Part shown: positions 9,438 to 16,579 of the stretch, piece after piece | Numbering within the stretch: position 1 is the first letter of the stretch | How the letters are laid out: each line of letters opens with the position of its first letter | Origin: an uncultured Leptospiraceae bacterium | GTDB lineage: Bacteria > Spirochaetota > UBA4802 > JAGODF01 | Length of the DNA: 36,966 bases | NCBI GenBank assembly: GCA_964591055.1 | Contig: CAZPZJ010000008.1 | Span: 1-36,966, forward strand | Direction of reading: 5' to 3' | Position numbers and translations under genes: made by a program | The notes under the pieces: model-generated | The model's database searches: none | The model's input: only the letters and a program-made list of their open reading frames with translations | Told to the model about the DNA's origin: nothing

Positions 9438-10784
9438 TCACCCTATAAAAATATCAGTCGTTGAATACCTGTAATTCGGCTCCATTTCCGTCTTAAGCAA
9501 CGAAACGCCAATGCCGAGCGGTCCTATCCTTCCGATCAGCATGGACAGGATGATTAGTGTTTTCCCTGTGCTGCTCAGGCCCGGAGTGATCCCTGTTGAG
9601 AGTCCGACAGTGCCGATGGCGGATGTGATTTCGAACAGCACGCACATCAGATCCTTCCCTTCGACCAGAACCATAAGATACGCGGACAGCGCTATCCAGG
9701 CTCCTGACAATATGATTATCGCAAGGGAATTCCTGATCACGGAAAACGGCACTCTTCGTCTGAACACATTGACCGTGTCCCTGTTCGCAATAATTGAACA
9801 CACTGAGAGCATGGCGACGATGAAAGTCGTCATCTTGATCCCGCCGCCGGTCCCCCCGGAACCGGCCCCTATGAACATCACCAGTACCAGCAGGAACAGA
9901 TTCCCCTGTTGCATTGTACCGACATCGATTGAATTGAATCCCGTTGTGGTTGAAGCCGTGCAGACCTGGAAAAACGAAGACAGCGCCTTCTGCCGCAATG
10001 AATAATCTCCGTTCCAGTGCTCCGTAAAGAAGAAGAATGAAGAAGCGAGCAGCAGAACAAACGTCGTGCATATCAGCATCAGCTTCGTATGGACAGATAC
10101 ATGAACGTTCTTTGAACCCTTCCACTTTTCCGCTAAAACGCGCGACACATCGTAGAGCACAAAAAATCCCAGCGCGCCCAGAACGGAGAGAGCGTTGACA
10201 ATCATGTTGATCGGGACATCATTCACAAACCGGCTGAAACTGTCCTGATAAATTGAGAATCCTGCGGTATTGAACGCTGATACGGCATGAAAGATGCCCG
10301 AGTAGATGGAATGCCGGAGCGGAAAATAGCGATGGAAGCACAGCGACAACAGGAGCGCCCCGCACAGCTCGATGATCACCGTGTAGAGGACAACGATTTT
10401 CGTAAAACGAAACACATCCACCCCGAGCGGCCTTTTTACGGACTCCTGAAGCATGAGGTTGTTCATCACCGAAATTTTCCGCCCCGCGACAAGAAACACG
10501 AGCGCCACAAACAGCATGTATCCCAGGCCGCCGATCTGAACCAGCAAAAGGATGACGACCTGGCCGAAAACGCTGAAATACGTCCCCGTGTCGAACACTA
10601 TCAGCCCCGTTGTCGTGATCGCCGACGCCGCCGTGAACATTGAGTCGAGATACGACGAGAAAAGGCCGCTACGGGAGGATATGGGAAGTGAAAGAATCGA
10701 AGCCCCCATCATTGTGATCGCCACATATCCCGACGACAGGAACGCCATCGGCGACAGTTTGAAAAAACCCGGTGTATGCCTCAT
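9438..10784 (-). CDS. ktrB: K+ transporter membrane subunit (KtrB/TrkH family)
   Basis: 448-aa polytopic protein with four selectivity-filter-like repeats: AITTTGL, NTAGFS, TTTGFNS and GTVGLSTG. Confidence 0.85.
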   Translation of the reverse strand: MRHTPGFFKLSPMAFLSSGYVAITMMGASILSLPISSRSGLFSSYLDSMFTAASAITTTGLIVFDTGTYFSVFGQVVILLLVQIGGLGYMLFVALVFLVAGRKISVMNNLMLQESVKRPLGVDVFRFTKIVVLYTVIIELCGALLLSLCFHRYFPLRHSIYSGIFHAVSAFNTAGFSIYQDSFSRFVNDVPINMIVNALSVLGALGFFVLYDVSRVLAEKWKGSKNVHVSVHTKLMLICTTFVLLLASSFFFFTEHWNGDYSLRQKALSSFFQVCTASTTTGFNSIDVGTMQQGNLFLLVLVMFIGAGSGGTGGGIKMTTFIVAMLSVCSIIANRDTVNVFRRRVPFSVIRNSLAIIILSGAWIALSAYLMVLVEGKDLMCVLFEITSAIGTVGLSTGITPGLSSTGKTLIILSMLIGRIGPLGIGVSLLKTEMEPNYRYSTTDIFIG

Positions 10785-10785
10785 G

Positions 10786-11151
10786 CTATTTCAAAACCTC
10801 TAAATTCATGCTTGATCCTTTTATCAGCATGTCCGACCCGCACAGAAATCTGCTGTTCCTGTCATTATCATACAGCTGGTAAAACCTGGTACGCCTCCAT
10901 TCCGGAAGGCTTGCATATATGCGCATCAGCTCATCAGCCCCCAGGCCGGATTCTTTCCCGTGCATGTTGTTCAGGCGTATGACCAGCATTTGCTTTTTCC
11001 CGTCGATCTCAGCCGGATGGGAAATCTCCCTGATGACGCCTTCCCTCTCGAAATAGACATACTCCAGGGCGGTGATTCCATCGTTCCCCACCGTTATGAT
11101 GAAATTGCGGAGCCTGAACGTCCTGCCGTTTGTTGTTTTTTGACTCATCAT
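10786..11151 (-). CDS. hypothetical protein, possibly the first gene of the ktr-kdpDE operon
   Basis: 121-aa ORF whose TAG stop (10786-10788) lies 1 nt from the ktrB ATG (10784). No recognisable motif and no clear Shine-Dalgarno sequence. Confidence 0.4.
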   Translation of the reverse strand: MMSQKTTNGRTFRLRNFIITVGNDGITALEYVYFEREGVIREISHPAEIDGKKQMLVIRLNNMHGKESGLGADELMRIYASLPEWRRTRFYQLYDNDRNSRFLCGSDMLIKGSSMNLEVLK

Positions 11152-11386
11152 GACACAATACTAACCACGGGAAAGAAATGTGTCTATTCCGGCGGTGTTG
11201 GGATTACCCGGTTCGCCGTTAAAAATCCGTTAAGAAATGAATTATTTTGATGATAAGAGGGCGTGGTATTGAATGCGCATTGCGGCAGTATCCAACATTT
11301 TTTGAGAGTACGCTGAAAGCCGGTTTTTCTTCATTTTCCGCACAGGGAAGATGTCCATGTATGTGCTCGATACTCAAAATAAAAAA

Positions 11387-11413
11387 GTGTCTGTCAATGA
11401 CACAGTACCGCAC
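11387..11413 (-). terminator. weak candidate intrinsic terminator downstream of the CheB-CheR-kinase gene
   Basis: Minus strand: GTGTC-ATTGACA-GACAC (5-bp stem) followed by TTTTTTATTTT, about 55 nt after the stop at 11470. A second hairpin GCACCT-N10-AGGTGC lies just upstream of it. Confidence 0.35.
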
Positions 11414-11469
11414 CTCATAGTAACAAGGTGCCGGAACCCACGGACGGGCGGAGGCACTGGTTTGCAGAA

Positions 11470-14400
11470 CTATGTTTCAAATTGTACAATAGATTTTGTT
11501 CCATTTTCATTCACAATACTGTAAGTGCCTTTTAGCTGTTCAACAAGCATTTTAACAATAGTAAGACCAAACCCAGTAGATTTGTTTTTCATAATTCTTT
11601 CGTCAATCCCAATACCATTATCTTGAATAATGATAGTTATCATGTTTCCAGCTTTTTTTATTGAGATAGAAACTGTACCTTTGTCACGGTCTTTGAACGC
11701 ATACTTTAAAGCATTGGTTATAAGCTCATTGATGATTATACCAATAGTAGTCGCTTGTTTTGTAATAATATTGAAGTCTGTGATATCTTTTTCTATGATT
11801 ATGTTGTCTTTATCAACAAATAAAACATGGATTGAACCTATTAGGTTTTCAATATAGTTTTTTATTGATATTTCACGAAGGTCTTTAGATAATAATAACT
11901 TATCGTAGATAATACGCATGCTTTGGACACGGGAAGTGGCATCCTGTAATACGGATTTTACTTCGGGATTAGCAGTTGAATCGGCCTGCAATCGTAAAAG
12001 ACTTTCTATATTTGCAATATTGTTTTTCACGCGGTGATGGACTTCCCGCAGGAGAGTCTCTTTTTCGGATAATTGGTTCTGCAATTCATTCTGCAGTTTT
12101 CGCAATTCCGTAATATCAACAAAGTTTATCACCGCACCCTCGATAACATTGTCCATTGTGCGATATGGTAAAATGTTCATCCTGTACCAGTCTCCTTTAA
12201 CAGTCTGAACTTCAATTGTTTTAGGGATCAGATAATCGAGAACCGATTGTATGTCTGACGACAAGTCGTTGTAACTGGAAAGATTAGTCAGGATGTGGTT
12301 CACTGGACGCCCGACATCGGCCGGTATAAGATTAATTAACTCAATTGCGGTGGGGGTAAAACGTATAATTTGCTGTTGATGATTCACAAAGACAGTGGCG
12401 ATGCCGGTACCGGATAGGAGATTGTTGATGTCATTGTTTACTTTAGATAGATCGGCAACCTTCGCTGCCAATTCATTATTGACCGTGGACAGCTCTTCAT
12501 TAACTGACTGCAGTTCCTCTTTAGAAGTCTCAAGTTCTTCGTTGGTTGACTGTAGTTCTTCATTGATCGACTGCATCTCTTCGTTGGTAGATTTCAACTC
12601 TTCGTTTGACGTTTCCAGTTCTTCGATGGTGGTCTGAAGGTTTTCTTCCTTCTCGCGAATTTCGCTCCTGAGGGATGCCACAAGGCCTTCGAGACTATGG
12701 TGGTCGCTCTTTTCATTAATACTGTCGGAAATAAGGGCTGTTTGCGGGAAAGTCTGCCTAACATGACCAGGCTCAGAGAGTTTTCCTTCCTCCAGAATAA
12801 TAAGAAACAGTTGATCCGAAAATGAAGTCTTTCCACCATTGGGAACAGGGCAGATGGTAAGGTTAACCGTTGTATAGCCACCATTAGTTTTAACACTCAA
12901 ATTCGGACAGATGACAACATTATTGCCCTGTACGGCTTTTCGAAGGGATGTTGAAAGTTTATGTCGCAATCCTTCACGGGCCATTTTTATCATATTATAA
13001 CCGTCAACTTCGCCTACAGTCGGCTCAAGGTACATGCCTGTACGGCCATGCAGGTAGAAAATGTCGCCTTTACCGTTAACAAGAGCACTGGGAGGTGCAA
13101 GATGCTTCAGCAATGTTTTTTCGGCCAATTCACGCGGAGACGTTTTATTCTGAAGAGGTTTACTTGCATTCGAAACAGGAGAGACGACCTCAGTATAGTG
13201 GTTGGGCGGGAAAAATTTTCTCACGGAAGTATATCGTGAGTTGAGCGCATTATCTTTTCGTAAATACAGCTTAGACTTACGGTCAATCAATTGAAACAAA
13301 TTGGTAAATTCACCTACGGATTCCGACGTGCCGAGAAAAAGAAAACCATTGGGATTGAGTGAGTAGTGAAAAATGGGAATTAATTTCTTCTGCAAATCGT
13401 TGCCCAGGTATATCATCAGGTTTCTGCAGCATATAAGGTCTATTTGGGAAAAGGGTGGGTCATTAATTAAATTTTGCTCAGAAAAAATGAGCATGTCGCG
13501 TATGCTTTTATTGATTCGATACGTCTGGGATTCAATATCCGGGAAACCAGACTCAGATGTAAAAAAGCGTTCAAGTCGTTCTGGTGTTATATCTGCAGCG
13601 ATGCTTGCCGGATAGATACCAGCACGGGCGGAGGAAATGGCACGAGGGTCAATGTCGGTGGCAAATATCTGTACAGTGAAGATCTGTTTTAATGATTCCA
13701 TATGTTCCTGTATAAGGATAGCTATTGAGTAGGCCTCCTCGCCAGTGGAGCATCCTGCCGACCATACTCGTATCAAACTCCCCGCGCTTTTCCCGGTAAA
13801 GAGTTTGGGGATTACTGTTTCATTAAGAGAATTGAACGAATCTACATCACGGAAGAAGTTGGTCACGCCAATAAGCAGGTCTTTAAAAAGCGCATTTATC
13901 TCTTCATTTGACTGCTGAAGATATTTGAGATATTTTTCAATCGAATCGATCTGGTGAACGGCCATTCGCCGCTCTATACGTCGTCGGACAGTGTTCTGTT
14001 TGTACGATGAAAAATCATGGCCAGTTTGAGCGCGCATAAGAATGAATATCTTTTTCAGAGTATTTTCATATTTTGGAGCAGGAACAGTATCGGCAGATAT
14101 ATTCTTATTAAAAGCTTTAGACGAATAGGCTATAAGCGCTGTTGCCATTTCGGCTGGCGGCAGTTCGTAATCAACCAGACCCGTGGCGATAACACTGCGT
14201 GGCATACCGTCATACTCGGCAGATTCGAGTGTCTGCACCATGACCATGCCGCCTCCGCCCTTGATGGCCCGCACCCCCATAGTGCCATCACTGCCGTTAC
14301 CGGAAAGCACAATAGCAATAGCCCTGTCACACTGGTCCTGGGCCAGCGAACGAAAGAAAAAATCAATGGGCAGACGCAGTCCGTGGGGTGCAAAGGGTTC

Positions 14401-14769
14401 AAACAAATGCAGGGCACCGTTATGAAGGGCCATGTCATATCCCGGTGGTATAATGTACGCGCAGTTAGGCTCTATGATCATATTGTCTTTGACCTCAAAA
14501 ACCTGCATACGAGTATAACGTCTGATCAGCTCTGCAAGAATGCTCTTATGGTCGGGAGCAAGGTGCTGTACCAGTACAAAAGCCATGCCGGGGTCAGTGT
14601 CCTCGGGCATGCCTGAGAAGAAGGTTTCAAAAGCAGCCAGCCCGCCAGCTGATGCACCAATGCCGACGATAGGGAATGATACTTTATGAGCAGGTGGATC
14701 TACTAACATAGAAGGTATTTCTGAATTGGACGGGACTTTCTTTGTGTCAGTGGTTTTTTTATTTTTCAT
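11470..14769 (-). CDS. CheB methylesterase / CheR methyltransferase / coiled-coil / PAS / HisKA_2-type histidine kinase fusion protein
   Basis: 1099 aa. CheB-like domain (GIGASAGGLAAFETFF, SGNGSDGTMGVRAIK). CheR-like domain (FFRD, IRVWSAGCSTGEEAYSIAI). Heptad EEL-repeat coiled coil (ELETSNEELKSTNEEMQSINEELQSTNEELETSKEEL). PAS domain. HHRVKNN H-box and a DNGIGI ATPase. AAGGA Shine-Dalgarno before the ATG. The gene is AT-rich. Confidence 0.9.
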   Translation of the reverse strand: MKNKKTTDTKKVPSNSEIPSMLVDPPAHKVSFPIVGIGASAGGLAAFETFFSGMPEDTDPGMAFVLVQHLAPDHKSILAELIRRYTRMQVFEVKDNMIIEPNCAYIIPPGYDMALHNGALHLFEPFAPHGLRLPIDFFFRSLAQDQCDRAIAIVLSGNGSDGTMGVRAIKGGGGMVMVQTLESAEYDGMPRSVIATGLVDYELPPAEMATALIAYSSKAFNKNISADTVPAPKYENTLKKIFILMRAQTGHDFSSYKQNTVRRRIERRMAVHQIDSIEKYLKYLQQSNEEINALFKDLLIGVTNFFRDVDSFNSLNETVIPKLFTGKSAGSLIRVWSAGCSTGEEAYSIAILIQEHMESLKQIFTVQIFATDIDPRAISSARAGIYPASIAADITPERLERFFTSESGFPDIESQTYRINKSIRDMLIFSEQNLINDPPFSQIDLICCRNLMIYLGNDLQKKLIPIFHYSLNPNGFLFLGTSESVGEFTNLFQLIDRKSKLYLRKDNALNSRYTSVRKFFPPNHYTEVVSPVSNASKPLQNKTSPRELAEKTLLKHLAPPSALVNGKGDIFYLHGRTGMYLEPTVGEVDGYNMIKMAREGLRHKLSTSLRKAVQGNNVVICPNLSVKTNGGYTTVNLTICPVPNGGKTSFSDQLFLIILEEGKLSEPGHVRQTFPQTALISDSINEKSDHHSLEGLVASLRSEIREKEENLQTTIEELETSNEELKSTNEEMQSINEELQSTNEELETSKEELQSVNEELSTVNNELAAKVADLSKVNNDINNLLSGTGIATVFVNHQQQIIRFTPTAIELINLIPADVGRPVNHILTNLSSYNDLSSDIQSVLDYLIPKTIEVQTVKGDWYRMNILPYRTMDNVIEGAVINFVDITELRKLQNELQNQLSEKETLLREVHHRVKNNIANIESLLRLQADSTANPEVKSVLQDATSRVQSMRIIYDKLLLSKDLREISIKNYIENLIGSIHVLFVDKDNIIIEKDITDFNIITKQATTIGIIINELITNALKYAFKDRDKGTVSISIKKAGNMITIIIQDNGIGIDERIMKNKSTGFGLTIVKMLVEQLKGTYSIVNENGTKSIVQFET

Positions 14770-14801
14770 TCCTGTTCCTTCTGATGATATATATCCTGCT
14801 T

Positions 14802-14819
14802 ATTTACATCATTGTAAAT
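14802..14819. promoter_or_regulatory. 18-bp palindrome upstream of the CheB-CheR-kinase gene (candidate operator / -35 region)
   Basis: ATTTACA-TCAT-TGTAAAT, with perfect 7-bp arms, lies 33-50 nt upstream of the ATG at 14769. It carries TTTACA on both strands, and a TATATAT stretch follows toward the gene. Confidence 0.3.
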
Positions 14820-14909
14820 CATAATCATGAGGCAGGTTTTCGATTCATCCCCTTCGTGCTTGGATACCGCTTTGATGTATGCCGGAAAAATTAAAGCCGT
14901 CATTTCATT

Positions 14910-15375
14910 TCATTCGTAGTTAACAGGTTTGTGATATACCGTCATCAAAAGTTTTTTGCGATGCATATGGAATATATCCTGATCCTCGTTAATTATGAAG
15001 GAAGTAAACGGTTGTTTGAGAAGTACCGGGTAACACCAAGAAGATCAGCACCAGTAAGATTTGTTTCAAGTATTAACCCATTCTTGTTAAGGGTAAAATA
15101 TCCATCTGGCGCTAAATCATACAAATCAACATATTTCGACTGTAGGACTTCAAGTTCTGACTGCTTATCACGTAATTCTCATTTTGCATTTGCAGTTCAA
15201 CCTGATGAACCCGGAGTTTTTCACACGCTGATTCCAGTTTTTCATTAATCAGTCTTGTTTTTAAATTGGCATCAAATAGTTTTAACGCCATATTAATTGA
15301 AGCATCCGGAAAAACAATGCCGGAATTTTTTACTATATAACCGTACGAAGTATTCTTTTCTGTTTTTTCAACTAT
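14910..15375 (-). pseudogene. frameshifted remnant of a PAS (S-box) sensor gene
   Basis: Minus-strand translation gives ...LESACEKLRVHQVELQMQNE, then a shift, ELRDKQSELEVLQSKYVDLYDLAPDGYFTLNKNGLILETNLTGADLLGVTRYF, another shift, then IINEDQDIFHMHRKKLL and a stop. The QNEELR signature is restored by adding one A near 15178-15184. No kinase part follows. Confidence 0.5.
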
Positions 15376-15420
15376 CTCTTAGGTCATGATGTCCCTTTTT
15401 CATGTCTACTGTGTTGACGA

Positions 15421-16554
15421 TCAGTCCTTTGAAACGATTACTCTCACATAATCCTGGATTCCTGAATTGGCTTTAAAATTCAGGAGCCTTAATTTCATGG
15501 CGTGGGTGACCACCTCGCCCTTTGACACCACCAACACACTGTCCTTCGTGAACAGGTCTTCCAGGAGGATCATTTTTTCCGTGAGGTTATCTATGAGTAC
15601 CTTTTTTATCTCATGCTTATTTTCCACGGAAATAATTTTTTCAAGCGCCTTTACCGCCTCAGGGTCATACCGACCCTCGCGCTTGATGATCTCCACCAGA
15701 GCAGCCGCGGAATCATGCCCGGACATCACCAGGAGGTCGTGATCGAGTGCGAGAAGCAGTATCTTCGCCTCGATGGGGAGGTCCGCCGCCGAGTTTTTAC
15801 TTTCCGTGTCGTCAATGTATGGTGTCAGGTTATCAATCAGCCGCGCGACTTTGCCCATGCGGGGAATATTTTTTATTATGTCCGCCCCCACTTTGGGGTA
15901 GGTGACGTACATGTCCCGTTCCGTATTGAACAGCGGCTTTCCCGAGAATACTTTCTCTATGATGGCGTCGGGTATCGTAACGCACCCTATCTGTGAGAGC
16001 ATCGCCGCTATCTCAACCATCCATGTGTTCTCGATGCCCATTTCCTTCGCTATCAGTTTGGCCACCCTGCGCGTGCGCGACGCGTGACTGAAGGACCTGG
16101 GGCTCGCCAGGGTGAGCACATCGGTCAGCACCTTGATGCTGCCGCTCAGGGTTTTCTCAAGCAGTTCCTTTTCCGCCATCATGAGACGGTGCCATTCGAT
16201 GCCGTCGCTCAGTATCGCGGAGAGTTCTTCGTTGGGGCACGGCTTGATGATAAGCCTGAAGATATTGCTTTTGTTTACCGCTTCGATGGCAGTGTTGATG
16301 TCGGCGTATCCGGTAAGGAGCATCCTCACCGATTTGGGTGATGCAGCCCTCGCCCGGGTCAGGAACTCCACTCCGTCCATGCCGGGCATCTTGTAATCCG
16401 ATACGATTACGGCAAAGGGGCCTTCTTTCTTCAATACTTCTATGCCCGCCTCCCCGCTGTCGGCGACGGCGATCATAAAATCATTTCTCAGTGTGCGCTT
16501 GTACCCTTCCAGCAGGTTCATGTCGTCATCAACAAAAAGGATTTTGGTTTCCAT
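15421..16554 (-). CDS. response regulator, REC plus degenerate HD-GYP-like domain (catalytic HD and HHE...GYP motifs absent)
   Basis: REC domain (ILFVDDD, VIVSDYKMPGMDG, IIKP). The output aligns with the HD-GYP fold, but the LHDIGK position reads LSQIGC and no HHExDGxGYP motif is present. The C-terminal ...GRYDPEAVKAL is retained. AAGGAG Shine-Dalgarno. Confidence 0.85.
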   Translation of the reverse strand: METKILFVDDDMNLLEGYKRTLRNDFMIAVADSGEAGIEVLKKEGPFAVIVSDYKMPGMDGVEFLTRARAASPKSVRMLLTGYADINTAIEAVNKSNIFRLIIKPCPNEELSAILSDGIEWHRLMMAEKELLEKTLSGSIKVLTDVLTLASPRSFSHASRTRRVAKLIAKEMGIENTWMVEIAAMLSQIGCVTIPDAIIEKVFSGKPLFNTERDMYVTYPKVGADIIKNIPRMGKVARLIDNLTPYIDDTESKNSAADLPIEAKILLLALDHDLLVMSGHDSAAALVEIIKREGRYDPEAVKALEKIISVENKHEIKKVLIDNLTEKMILLEDLFTKDSVLVVSKGEVVTHAMKLRLLNFKANSGIQDYVRVIVSKD

Positions 16555-16579
16555 GGCGCTTCTCCTTATTTTTCATATA

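Noticed and set aside
11152-11469. c-di-AMP (ydaO-type) or other riboswitch in the 318-nt region upstream of the K+ uptake operon
   Set aside because: I looked for the conserved ydaO core elements on the minus strand. I found only short generic hairpins (CGGCG...CGCCG) and isolated CGAACC / GGUAAUCC strings. That is not enough to call without a covariance-model scan (Rfam RF00379), which would be the decisive test.
14931-15248. Plus-strand 105-aa ORF in the AT-rich spacer
   Set aside because: It is antisense to the recognisable, frameshifted PAS remnant and has no motif or RBS of its own.
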